Assembly (NCBI GenBank): GCA_023150775.1
Contig: JAKLKE010000002.1
Coordinates: forward strand, 24,265-88,264
Reading direction: 5' to 3'
From: Myxococcota bacterium
Lineage (GTDB): Bacteria; Myxococcota_A; UBA796; CAJQPC01
DNA length: 64,000 nucleotides
How positions within the stretch are numbered: position 1 is the first letter of the stretch; every line of letters begins with the position of its first letter. The translations under genes were made by a program, and so were the position numbers. Shown one piece after another: positions 54,969 through 63,760 of this stretch. Below the pieces are notes generated by a model, which saw nothing but the letters and a program-made list of their open reading frames with translations, was not told the origin of the DNA and searched no databases.

Positions 54969-56569
54969 GACTTCCTCCGAAAGAACGGGAGACGAGCGCC
55001 GAGGCGACGGGCCAAGGCGTCTTGTACGCGGCGAACGACCTCGACGGCCTCGTTCACACCAAACACCCAGGCGAGGCCCAGGCACAGGATCATCGCCAGC
55101 CCGCCGCCCAGGGCCCCCCGCACAAGCGCCCGAGACGTAGGACCGGCCAAGCCCTCGGGGCCGATCAGCGCGCCGACGCCCTGGTCTAGGGCCTCGCCGC
55201 CGAGCACACCCAAGGCCGTGATCCCCAACATCTTGAGCACGAAGCCCACCAAGGCCGGCGCGTCGGGCCCGGCGAGGGTCTGCCGCAGGCGCAGGCTCAT
55301 CACCACGGTGTAGACGGTGATGGCGAAGGAGCTGGCGATGGCGAGGCCCACCGCGCCCAGGCGCTCGCCGAGGAGCCCATAGAGCGGCCAGGCGAGGAGC
55401 ACAACGGCGCTGCCCCACAGGCTCGGGAACCAGGTGTTCTGCTGGGCATAAAAGCCCCGGGAGATGAGCGACTGCGCCGCCCACGCGCCCAAGGCCCCAC
55501 AGAACACGGCGTTGAGCAGGCCGATCTCCTGCAGCTCCGCCGCCGTGAACCGCGTCGTGCCCCAGATCACCGCCGCGAGGTGCTCCCCGGCCACGGTGAA
55601 GGCCGCCTGGCTGGCGAAGGCGAGCACCAACATCACCCGGCAGGCCCGGATCAGCGTCACATAGGCCTCGCCGCCTTTGCCCTCAGCGACGAGCCGGGCC
55701 AAGGTCGGGAACGCCGCCGCCCCCGCCGCCATGCCGAAGATGCCCCAGGGCACCTTCATCAAGGTCTTCGCGTACTGCAGCCGCGAGACCACCCCCTCGC
55801 CGACGAGGCTGCCGAAGCGCTTGAGCAGCCAGTCATCGACGACGACGATGGAGAAGGCGACCATGATCGGGAACGACAGCCAGACGTAGCGCCTGAAGTC
55901 GGGGTGCCCCAGGCGCATCAAGGGCCGCCAGCCCAGGCCGTCCCGCAAGCAGCCGTAGAGCGGCATCCCGAAGGGCCCCAAGATCGAGCCCACGAGCACA
56001 CCCCAGGCGAAACCTTCAGCGCCTAAGCTCGGGCCAAGCACCAGCCCAAACCCGACGATGGACAGGCTGTAGCCGAGGTTCGCGAAGGCGGGGAGCGCGT
56101 GTTTGTCCCGGGCCTGGAGCACCGCCGAGAAGAGGCCGCCCAGCACATGAAAGATCTGCGCGGGCAAGGTGATGCGGGTGAGCTTGACCAGCAGCTCGTG
56201 CTGCCAAGGCTCAAAGCCCGGCGCGACCAGGGGCGCGAGCGCCGGGGTCAACGCCCACAGCACCACGGTGACCCCGATCAAGGCCACGGAGACGAAGTTG
56301 AAGATCGTCGAGAAGACCCGCCAGCCCTCCGCCTCGTCTCCCCGGGCGACGTGCCCGGCGAAGATCGGGATGAACACCACGGACAGGGCGCCGCCCGCGA
56401 GCAGGTAGTTCAGGTAGTCGGGCAAGACGAAGGACGTCCAATAGACGTCGGCCTCAGCGCCGCCGCCGAGCACACGCCCAATGACGGCCTCTCGCACCAC
56501 GCCGATGACGCGGGAGAGCAAGATGCTGAGCCCCCACAAGAGGGCGGCGACGCCGACACGACCGGACAT
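54965..56569 (-). CDS. murJ: Lipid II flippase MurJ/MviN
   Basis: 'SILLSRVIGVVREAVIGRVLGGGAEADVYWTSFVLPDYLNYLLAGGALSVVFIPIF' N-terminal signature. 534 aa, about 14 TM segments. Confidence 0.9.
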   Translation of the reverse strand: MSGRVGVAALLWGLSILLSRVIGVVREAVIGRVLGGGAEADVYWTSFVLPDYLNYLLAGGALSVVFIPIFAGHVARGDEAEGWRVFSTIFNFVSVALIGVTVVLWALTPALAPLVAPGFEPWQHELLVKLTRITLPAQIFHVLGGLFSAVLQARDKHALPAFANLGYSLSIVGFGLVLGPSLGAEGFAWGVLVGSILGPFGMPLYGCLRDGLGWRPLMRLGHPDFRRYVWLSFPIMVAFSIVVVDDWLLKRFGSLVGEGVVSRLQYAKTLMKVPWGIFGMAAGAAAFPTLARLVAEGKGGEAYVTLIRACRVMLVLAFASQAAFTVAGEHLAAVIWGTTRFTAAELQEIGLLNAVFCGALGAWAAQSLISRGFYAQQNTWFPSLWGSAVVLLAWPLYGLLGERLGAVGLAIASSFAITVYTVVMSLRLRQTLAGPDAPALVGFVLKMLGITALGVLGGEALDQGVGALIGPEGLAGPTSRALVRGALGGGLAMILCLGLAWVFGVNEAVEVVRRVQDALARRLGARLPFFRRKS

Positions 56570-56662
56570 GCGGCCCCATGTAGCCCGTTAACGCCGCCCC
56601 CGGGCGCCATTGACCCCAGCCTGACGGTGCGCAGGATTCCTGAACATTCGGAGCTGACCTTC

Positions 56663-57865
56663 ATGGCTGGACCCGCCTTCGCGCTCTTCACCCTCGGCAG
56701 CTCCTTGGGCCTCGTGCTGAACGCCGCCCGCAAAGGGGGGCGTCTCCCGGCGATGTTCCTCTCCGTCGTGCTCGGCCTCCACGGCGCGAGCGCGGCCCTG
56801 CTCCAGCCCGCCTTGGGGCCCCTCGGCTGGGCGCTCTTCCCCCTACAAGCCGCGGTGCTCCTGCACTTCTGGCGCCTGACAAACCCCAGCGACCCCTCCC
56901 GGGCCTGGCGTTGGTTCATCTCTCTGCCCGCCTCGGCCTTCTGGGCGGCGACGTTTCTGGGCCTGCCCTGGGCCTTCGCCTCAGCCTTGGGCTTCACCCC
57001 CGCCGGGGTGTGGATCCCCTTCGTGGGCGCGGCGCTGGGCATGGTGAGCACCCTGCGCCTTCGGCCTGAAGAGCGTGATCTCCCCCTCGACGGCGCGGTG
57101 ATCGACGGCCTCCACCGGGTGAAGGCGCCGCCGACCCCCGCCGGGGGCCGCCCCTTACGCCTCGTGCAGATCACCGATCCCCACCTGGGCACGTTTATGC
57201 CCGTGGAGCGCCTCAAGGCCGTCTGCGAGCGCGCCGTCGCCCAAGACCCCGACCTCATCCTGCTCACCGGCGACTTCTTGACCTTTGAGACCAACGGCAC
57301 CCGCGGGGCCTTGGCCGAGGCGCTCTCGCCGCTCAAGGCCCTTCCAGGCCGGGTCTACGCCTGCCGAGGCAACCACGATCTTGAGGCCCCGGAGGAGGTC
57401 GCACGATCTTTGGCCGCCGTCGGCGCGCGCCTGCTCATCGACGAGGCCGTCGTCGTCGACACCCCCGCGGGCAAGGTGCAGCTCGTCGGCGCCGACTTCC
57501 GCTTCCGCGACCGCGCCCAGCATCTAAGCGCCTTGGCCAGCAAATACCCCCGCGTTCCCGAAACCTTACGCCTCTGGCTGCTCCACGACCCCATGGCGTT
57601 CATCTCCGTGCCCGAGGGGGAGGCCGACCTCACGCTCTCCGGGCATACCCACGGCGGCCAGGTGGGCCTCGTCGCCTTTGGCCTCGACTGGACCGTGGTG
57701 AGCGGCCTCTTCGGCCTGCCCGACCACGGCCTCTGGGCCCGGGGCCGCGACCGCATGATGATTCACCGCGGCACGGGCCACTACGGCTTCCCGCTGCGCC
57801 TGGGCGTGCCCGCTGAAGAGAGCCTGCTGCGGGTGTGGTGGACCGCCGAGGCGAAGCCCGCCTAA
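56663..57865 (+). CDS. Membrane-anchored metallophosphoesterase, paralogous in architecture to 49970-51157
   Basis: TM-rich N-terminus from ATG 56663, then 'LVQITDPHLG', 'TGDFLTF', 'RGNHDLE' and 'SGHTHGGQ'. The track extension from 56099 is antisense to murJ and is rejected. Confidence 0.85.
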   Translation: MAGPAFALFTLGSSLGLVLNAARKGGRLPAMFLSVVLGLHGASAALLQPALGPLGWALFPLQAAVLLHFWRLTNPSDPSRAWRWFISLPASAFWAATFLGLPWAFASALGFTPAGVWIPFVGAALGMVSTLRLRPEERDLPLDGAVIDGLHRVKAPPTPAGGRPLRLVQITDPHLGTFMPVERLKAVCERAVAQDPDLILLTGDFLTFETNGTRGALAEALSPLKALPGRVYACRGNHDLEAPEEVARSLAAVGARLLIDEAVVVDTPAGKVQLVGADFRFRDRAQHLSALASKYPRVPETLRLWLLHDPMAFISVPEGEADLTLSGHTHGGQVGLVAFGLDWTVVSGLFGLPDHGLWARGRDRMMIHRGTGHYGFPLRLGVPAEESLLRVWWTAEAKPA

Positions 57866-57886
57866 ATCCGCTGTGCTCTTGAGCGC

Positions 57887-58228
57887 TTAGAGCTTGTTCA
57901 TGTCGCGCTCATCCAACATCGCCAGCACCATGAGCAGGGCCCGGCGCGCCTCCTCGACGCCGTGCTCGTGAAGTCGGTCAACTAATGACCGGAGTTCGGG
58001 GTCGAAGTACTCGGCTTCCTCCTCGACGTCGAGGAGCTCATGCAGCGGGGCGTCTAGCCCTTGGGCGAAGCGGCTGAGCGTGACGAGAGAGGCCACGCGG
58101 CGGCCGTTCTCGTACTTGCTGACCTCCGGGGCGCCGATACCGACGCGCGCCCCAAGCTCGGCTTGGGAGAGGCCGCAGATGAGCCGAAGCTGACGAATCC
58201 GAGCGCCGATAAGCACTTGCAGTCGCAT
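57887..58228 (-). CDS. XRE family HTH transcriptional regulator
   Basis: 'IGARIRQLRLICGLSQAELGARVGIGAPEVSKYENGRRVASLVTLSRFAQGL' from ATG 58228. Confidence 0.85.
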   Translation of the reverse strand: MRLQVLIGARIRQLRLICGLSQAELGARVGIGAPEVSKYENGRRVASLVTLSRFAQGLDAPLHELLDVEEEAEYFDPELRSLVDRLHEHGVEEARRALLMVLAMLDERDMNKL

Positions 58229-58343
58229 AGGTACACCCGATGGGCTGAGCGGTTCATTCCGTGTTGGTGTATATCCAACCCGGAGAGCTTCAGCACAAAA
58301 ACGCCGAAGCGTTCTGTGGCACTCTACGCTCAACCGCCGGATG

Positions 58344-58679
58344 TTACGGCGGATCCGTCAACAGCGCGAGCACCAGGCGACGCGCGATGGCGATCACCTT
58401 GTTCGGCTGGTTGCGGAGCGCGGAGACGATGACGTCGAGATCCGACGAGGGCTCGCGCTGGTTGAGCGTCATGACCTCGGCGATGGTGAGGCCAAAACCT
58501 TCAGCCAGGCGCTCAAGGCTCTCGATGCTGGGAGAACGTTCGCCGGTCTCGTACCGGCTGATGTCACCCTCCCTCATGCCGACACGGGCGGCCAAGGCGG
58601 TTTGGCTAAGACCCCGCTCCAGCCGGAGCTGGCGCAGGCGGGTCGCTACTTGTTCACGAATCGGTGCATTCTGGCTCAT
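58344..58679 (-). CDS. XRE family HTH transcriptional regulator (tandem paralog)
   Basis: 'VATRLRQLRLERGLSQTALAARVGMREGDISRYETGERSPSIESLERLAEGF'. Confidence 0.88.
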   Translation of the reverse strand: MSQNAPIREQVATRLRQLRLERGLSQTALAARVGMREGDISRYETGERSPSIESLERLAEGFGLTIAEVMTLNQREPSSDLDVIVSALRNQPNKVIAIARRLVLALLTDPP

Positions 58680-58772
58680 GCGCGTAGATTATCCTCCCTT
58701 CGGCCACCGATCAAGGATCTTCTTCACTTGATTGGGGGTGTCCCCTCGCGACACGGGGCCCTGTCCCGTGAC

Positions 58773-58800
58773 GTGTCACAGGGTGACACTAGGTGACACT
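58773..58800. promoter_or_regulatory. Three GTGACAC half-sites (one inverted, two direct), candidate operator
   Basis: GTGTCAC (58773-58779), GGTGACACT (58782-58790), GGTGACACT (58792-58800). They lie about 95-120 bp upstream of the XRE gene start in the divergent intergenic region. Confidence 0.45.
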
Positions 58801-59051
58801 CTCGCAGAGCGCACCCCCCTCACAAGGGCCTGAATTTCATCGCCCTTACATCTTTCGCGATGTGGCACGACCTTTGCATTTAGTGAGAGCGTCACCCGAT
58901 GGTGAGACATGAGGCGGTCAAAAGCCACCTCGTGAGGATCTCTCGGGGTCTGAGGGCGCTCACGTGGCGCGCTTGGACGACAGCTCAAAACGACGGGTAG
59001 TGCATGGGGGTGCGACGTCGTTGGGCTTGGGGGGGACCCGCTGAGCTGCGC

Positions 59052-59093
59052 CGGGTTCGGAGATTCGCTCTCCGAGCCCGGTTCTCTTTTTTT
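59052..59093 (+). terminator. Rho-independent terminator-like hairpin plus U-tract on the plus strand
   Basis: CGGGTTCGGAGA-TTCGC-TCTCCGAGCCCG forms a 12-bp stem with one mismatch. It is followed by GTTCTCTTTTTTT, with 7 consecutive T at 59087-59093. Such T-runs are very rare in this GC-rich window. It lies 30 nt upstream of the ATG at 59123. Confidence 0.6.
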
Positions 59094-59122
59094 CGGCGCC
59101 CAGGTGAGATACTCCACGACGA

Positions 59123-60526
59123 ATGGGGCCCTTCACCTGGATGATCGCCGCCACCGCGCTCGCGGCCACGCGCCCTTGCCCCACCGAGGGCCTGGGCTGG
59201 ATGAGCCCTGGCCTCGCCGCGGTCTCGGCTTCAGACACCGCGCGGTACGCCGGGGATCGCCCCCTCGCCCGGGACTGCCTCAACCTCGCGCTCAGCCTCG
59301 GGGAGCCCGTCGCTGAGGGCATGGCCCGCCTGCGCCTGCTCACGATGAGCGGCAACCTCGGGCCGCTTCAGCACGGCGCCAAGATCACCGACGCCTTGAA
59401 CCAGGGCCTCGGGCCTTGGGGCTGGATCGCCTGGGCCGACTACTACCTCTTCGCGCCGTCCTACGCCGGGGCCGACAAAGAGCTGGCCCGGGTCGCCGCC
59501 GAGCAGGCCGCGCTGTGGCTGCCTGGCCCCGCCGCCGCCCGGCTCTACCTCGCCACCGGGGAGCGCCGGCACCTGGAGCTTTTGCGGGTGAGCGCCCAGC
59601 GCGACGGCCTCGGCGACGCCTTGATCGCCGCAGAGGGCGCGCTGCCCGCCGCGGCGGGCACCTGGTTCTTGGGCCTGGGCCTCGCCGGTGCGCCCGGCGT
59701 CGGCTTCGGCGGCGGCCTGGTGTTCACCCACCCCGACCTGCTCCTGCGCGGCGGCGCGGCCCAGCTCAGCCTCACCGGCACCACCCGGGGGGCCTTCGCC
59801 GCGAGCGCCCGGCTGCGCAGCCCCGGGCCGATCTTCGCCACCGTCGGCGGCGCCGCCGGGCGAGGGGTGGTGGACGTCTACACCGGCGACACGCCCGCCC
59901 GCATCACCCAAGATCTCGTCGCGCTCAGCCTCGGCGGCGGCGCTCGAAAGGACGGCCTCTCGGCGCAGCTCACCTGGGTCACTCGCTGGGACGACTGGGG
60001 TGAGGGCTGGCTCGCCGGGCATGGCCCCAGCCTCAGCGTCGGCCTGGACCGCAGCGAGGGCTTCGGCGAGACCCGCGAGGGCCTCGTGGTCGGGCTGAGC
60101 ACCGACGCCACCGCGCTGGGCTACCCCCACTGGGGCCTCACCGCCGACCTTCGGGCGTACCGGCCTGGCCTCGGCGGGGTCACCGCCGCGCGGCTCTGGG
60201 CGAGCGGAGAGCTGATGAAGGGCGCGCCGCTCCTGCGCCTGCCGACGGTGGGCGGGGCCGAGCTTCACCGTGGCGCCTGGGCCGGGCGATACCGCGCGCC
60301 CTTCATCAGCACCCTCGACCTGGAGCAGCGCTGGGCGCTCATCGGGCCCTTGGAGGGCGTGGTGTTTGGAAACCTCGCCTATGTCATAGACGACGGCCTT
60401 CACCCCGCCGGGGGCCTCGGCTTGCGGCTGATCTTGCCCCCGGAGCGCCTCAACGTCGTGCGCCTCGACGTGGCGGTGAGCGACAGCGCCTGGGCGATCA
60501 CGACGGGCTGGGGGGAGGCGTTCTGA
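59123..60526 (+). CDS. Omp85/bacterial-surface-antigen family outer-membrane beta-barrel protein without recognisable POTRA domains
   Basis: Signal peptide 'MGPFTWMIAATALAA'. The C-terminus 'GGLGLRLILPPERLNVVRLDVAVSDSAWAITTGWGEAF' matches the G.GLR...P.G..R.D.A......F..G..F ending. The antisense 495-aa ORF is rejected. Confidence 0.75.
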   Translation: MGPFTWMIAATALAATRPCPTEGLGWMSPGLAAVSASDTARYAGDRPLARDCLNLALSLGEPVAEGMARLRLLTMSGNLGPLQHGAKITDALNQGLGPWGWIAWADYYLFAPSYAGADKELARVAAEQAALWLPGPAAARLYLATGERRHLELLRVSAQRDGLGDALIAAEGALPAAAGTWFLGLGLAGAPGVGFGGGLVFTHPDLLLRGGAAQLSLTGTTRGAFAASARLRSPGPIFATVGGAAGRGVVDVYTGDTPARITQDLVALSLGGGARKDGLSAQLTWVTRWDDWGEGWLAGHGPSLSVGLDRSEGFGETREGLVVGLSTDATALGYPHWGLTADLRAYRPGLGGVTAARLWASGELMKGAPLLRLPTVGGAELHRGAWAGRYRAPFISTLDLEQRWALIGPLEGVVFGNLAYVIDDGLHPAGGLGLRLILPPERLNVVRLDVAVSDSAWAITTGWGEAF

Positions 60527-61179
60527 TGGAGAGAGCCGCCGAGGCCGCCCTGCGCCGCCGCTTAGACGCCTTGGGCGCCCTGGGCGAGGAGGCCCGGGCG
60601 CTGCAGCTTGAGCTGGTGGAGGCCCTCGCCGCCGCCACCGAGGCCGGGGCGCCGCCGCCGAGCCCCCAAGCGCCGTCTCTCTGGGCGCGGCTCTTCGGGG
60701 GCCCCGCCGCCGAGCCACCGAGCCCGACGCAGAGCCCTCAGGCGCGGCTGCGGGAGGCCTGGGCGGCGGTGATGACCCGCCTGCGCCGCCTCAGCCAGCA
60801 CGCGGAGCTGCTAGAGGCCGAGGTCGCCCTGATCCACCAAGAGACCCCCGAAGACGACGGCCTTGACGGGGTCGGCGCCCTGCTCTGCCGGGCTCTGGAG
60901 GACCAAGCCGCGCTGCAGCGAGAGGCCCGGGACACCGCCGACCGCCTCGCCGCCGCCTTACGCCGACACCATGACGACGACGCCGACGGGGCGCTGCCCG
61001 CCGCCCTCCTGCTCCAGCTCAACCGGGTGCAGGGGCTCAACCAGGCCGGGCTCAGCCACCTCGACGAGCGCCTGAGCCCGCTGGAGCGGCGGGTGCGACA
61101 GCTCGACCTCGACCAGACCCGCCGCCGCGCGGCGATGGCTGAGGTCGAGGCCTTAGACCCACGGTCTCGGCGTCGCTGA
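60526..61179 (+). CDS. Coiled-coil hypothetical protein
   Basis: The ATG shares 1 nt with the preceding TGA (tgATGg). Heptad-like Ala/Leu/Glu/Arg-rich sequence. Confidence 0.55.
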   Translation: MERAAEAALRRRLDALGALGEEARALQLELVEALAAATEAGAPPPSPQAPSLWARLFGGPAAEPPSPTQSPQARLREAWAAVMTRLRRLSQHAELLEAEVALIHQETPEDDGLDGVGALLCRALEDQAALQREARDTADRLAAALRRHHDDDADGALPAALLLQLNRVQGLNQAGLSHLDERLSPLERRVRQLDLDQTRRRAAMAEVEALDPRSRRR

Positions 61180-61183
61180 GGCC

Positions 61184-62524
61184 CTAGAGGCTGGGGAGCG
61201 GGCCGACGGCGCGCACTTCGCCCTGGGCCGCGCCGAGCTGGGCGGCGACGAGCACGCTCGACGCGGCGACGACGAGCTCTCGGCCTGTGCTGAAGGTCAC
61301 GAGCCAGAACGAGGAGGCGCCGTTGACCGGGACGCTCTTGGCCTGGACACTCTTGACCTGGACGCTCTTGACCGGGGCGCCGTTGTTGACGACGACGGGC
61401 GGCGGCGCGGAGACGGGCGCCTCCACCACCGGCACAAGCTCCACCACCGGGGCGGCGACGGGCTCCTCGACCACACGCGCGGCGGGCCGGGGGGCCTCGA
61501 CGAGGGGCTCTAAGGTGGTGCGGCGGGGGCGCTCCACGAGGAGCTCGTCGAGCTTGATGTGCTCGGGCAGCGCGTCCCCACGGGCCTTCTCAAAGACCGT
61601 ACGCACGGGGGCGGCGACCTTCTTGTCCCGAGGTTTGCGGCGCAGCATCGGCTTGGGGGCCTCCTCTTCAGGAGGGGGCTCGGGCGCCGGGGCGCGGTCG
61701 GACGAGACGATGCGGCGGCGGCCCCGATCGGGCTCGGCGGCGGCGGCGGCGGACTCGACCTTGGCGCCCGCCGGGGCCGTGGAGCGCATCCGGCTCACGG
61801 GGCGGTCGTCGAGCTCGTAGTCGTCCTCATAGCGGTCGTAGCCACCTTGCTCGGGGTCGTCCCGGTCATCAAGTGGAGAAGGACGCCGACGAGGGGTGAC
61901 CTCGCTGGCGGTGCGGCGGGTGACCTCGACCTCACCCGGGCGGCGCACGACGCGGCGGCGACCATCGGCGGCGGCGGCGGAGGGCGGCGGCGGGGCGACG
62001 GGCGGCGGCGGGTCGAAGGGCGCGGGGGCCGGGCCCGGAGGCGGCGGCGGGCGCACGGCGAGGCTGCGGCTGAGGCTCACGCCCATGGGCAGATCGCCGC
62101 GGCGCTCGACGACCGGGGCGCGACGAACGACGACCTGCACCTGGTTGGGATCAGCACGAACCCGCTTGGGCTTGTCGGAGGGCGGAGGGGCAGGACGTTG
62201 GATGGTCACCGGTTTGGTCCGACGGGGCGCGCGAGGATTAAAAGGAGCGACGCCGCGCCGGAGCCGCGCACCCTGGATGTGCTCGACGGTCACGTCGAGG
62301 TCGTCGGCGAGGGAGGCGTCGGGCAAGGTGCCCAGGCGCTGCTCGGACTCACGGACCTTCTCAGGCTCCTCATCGAGGGCTGAGCGCTGCACCGCGCGGC
62401 GAAGGCGCCGGGAGTTCGTGCCAAAGCGCCGCGCCAGCTCACGAAGGGGGACTGTCTTGTAGAGGCTCACGAACTCGGCCCACCAGGGCTCGGTCTCGGC
62501 GCGAACCTGAGTCTTCTCTGCCAT
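61184..62524 (-). CDS. Pro/Arg-rich hypothetical protein with possible N-terminal HTH-like segment
   Basis: From ATG 62524: 'MAEKTQVRAETEPWWAEFVSLYKTVPLRELARRFGTNSRRLRRAVQRS'. The central low-complexity Pro/Arg/Val region makes frame assignment less secure. Confidence 0.5.
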   Translation of the reverse strand: MAEKTQVRAETEPWWAEFVSLYKTVPLRELARRFGTNSRRLRRAVQRSALDEEPEKVRESEQRLGTLPDASLADDLDVTVEHIQGARLRRGVAPFNPRAPRRTKPVTIQRPAPPPSDKPKRVRADPNQVQVVVRRAPVVERRGDLPMGVSLSRSLAVRPPPPPGPAPAPFDPPPPVAPPPPSAAAADGRRRVVRRPGEVEVTRRTASEVTPRRRPSPLDDRDDPEQGGYDRYEDDYELDDRPVSRMRSTAPAGAKVESAAAAAEPDRGRRRIVSSDRAPAPEPPPEEEAPKPMLRRKPRDKKVAAPVRTVFEKARGDALPEHIKLDELLVERPRRTTLEPLVEAPRPAARVVEEPVAAPVVELVPVVEAPVSAPPPVVVNNGAPVKSVQVKSVQAKSVPVNGASSFWLVTFSTGRELVVAASSVLVAAQLGAAQGEVRAVGPLPSL

Positions 62525-62665
62525 CCGTACTCCCCTGAGGGCCCCATAGGGCTTCAGGTGCGCGGGGGTGCAATGCTTTGGGGCGCTGGGGGTCGCCCCG
62601 AACCACAACCTGCTAACACGTTCTCAGCGCGGAAGGTCAAGAACCGCGCATCACCAGCGCACAGC

Positions 62666-63760
62666 TTAACCCCGAACCCGCTCAAACTCCTGCATAAACG
62701 CCACGAGGGCGTCTACGCTCTGCTCGGGGCAGGCGTTATAAATGCTCGCGCGCAGCCCGCCGACCGAACGATGGCCCTTGAGCCCGTCAAGCCCGGCCTC
62801 GGTGGCCTCCTTCACGAACACAGGCTCCAGGGCCTCATCCTTGAGGCGCCAGGTGATGTTCATGTCGCTGCGGCTGTCTTGGGCGGCGTGGGGGCGCCAG
62901 AAGTCAGAGCTGTCGAGCAGGTCGTAGATCTTCTGGGCTTTGCGGCGGTTGGTCTCCCCCACCGTCTGGAGCCCTTGGGTCTCGATCCAGTTGAGCACGC
63001 GGTCCAAGGCCAGCACGCCGAAGGTGTTGGGCGTGTTGTAGAGCTGGTCGGCGTCGTCGGCGTGGACCTTGTAGTTGAGCATCGTCGGCGCGTCGGAGAG
63101 CGCGGCGCGGGCCATCGCCCGGGGCGAGAGCGTCACGACGGTGAGGCCCGAGGGGCCGAGGTTCTTCTGGGCGCCGGCGTAGATCACGTCGATCTTGGAG
63201 GTGTCGAACTCACGGGAGAGGATGTCCGAGCTCATGTCGGCGACGAGCAGGCCCTCACTCTCGGGCAGCCCATGGAGCTGGGTGCCGTAGATCGTGTTGT
63301 TCGTGGTGATGTGGGTGTAGACCGCGCCCGGCGTGCGCGCCCAGTCCCGGGGAACCTGGCGGTAGTTCTCGGCTTTGCCCGAGAAGGGAACCACCACGGT
63401 GCCGTACCGTTTGGCCTCTTTGATGGCCTTGTTCGCCCAGACGCCGGTGTCGATGTAGTCCGCCGTGCCGCCTTGGAGCAGGTTCATCGCCACCATCAAG
63501 AACTGCAGCGACGCGCCGCCCTGCAAGAACAGGACGGTGTGCTCGTCGCTGAGGTTCAGGAGGCGACGGATGCGGCCCTGGGCCCCCTTCATCAGCTTGA
63601 GGAAGGGCTTGGAGCGATGAGACAGCTCCATGACGCCGACGCCCATGCCCGCGAAGTTGGGGAGCTGCTCACGGAGCTCCTCGACCACAGAGAGCGGCAA
63701 GACCGCCGGGCCAGCGGAGAAGTTGTGGATGCGGCCATAGGGGAAGGGGGCGTCGCTCAC
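62666..63760 (-). CDS. serC: Phosphoserine aminotransferase
   Basis: 'NFSAGPAVLPLSVVEELREQL...GVGVMELSHRSKPF...VLFLQGGASLQF' is colinear with E. coli SerC. GTG start forms a GTGA overlap with the upstream gene. Confidence 0.93.
   Translation of the reverse strand: MSDAPFPYGRIHNFSAGPAVLPLSVVEELREQLPNFAGMGVGVMELSHRSKPFLKLMKGAQGRIRRLLNLSDEHTVLFLQGGASLQFLMVAMNLLQGGTADYIDTGVWANKAIKEAKRYGTVVVPFSGKAENYRQVPRDWARTPGAVYTHITTNNTIYGTQLHGLPESEGLLVADMSSDILSREFDTSKIDVIYAGAQKNLGPSGLTVVTLSPRAMARAALSDAPTMLNYKVHADDADQLYNTPNTFGVLALDRVLNWIETQGLQTVGETNRRKAQKIYDLLDSSDFWRPHAAQDSRSDMNITWRLKDEALEPVFVKEATEAGLDGLKGHRSVGGLRASIYNACPEQSVDALVAFMQEFERVRG

Noticed and set aside
54969-55484. 172-aa N-terminal extension of the FabL-like SDR ORF
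   Set aside because: It overlaps murJ out of frame and is Arg/Gly/Pro-rich. The SDR Rossmann motif begins right after ATG 54968.
56099-56662. 188-aa N-terminal extension of the second metallophosphoesterase ORF
   Set aside because: It is antisense to murJ and is charged low-complexity. ATG 56663 starts a plausible TM-rich N-terminus in the intergenic-proximal position.
59231-60718. 495-aa minus-strand ORF antisense to the Omp85-like gene
   Set aside because: Arg/Pro/Gly/Ala-rich. The plus frame ends in a canonical Omp85 C-terminal beta-strand signature.
62625-62650. Hairpin GCGCGG-N11-CCGCGC downstream of serC considered as a terminator
   Set aside because: It has only a 6-bp stem and no U-tract in the direction of serC transcription. 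Not supportable as an intrinsic terminator.
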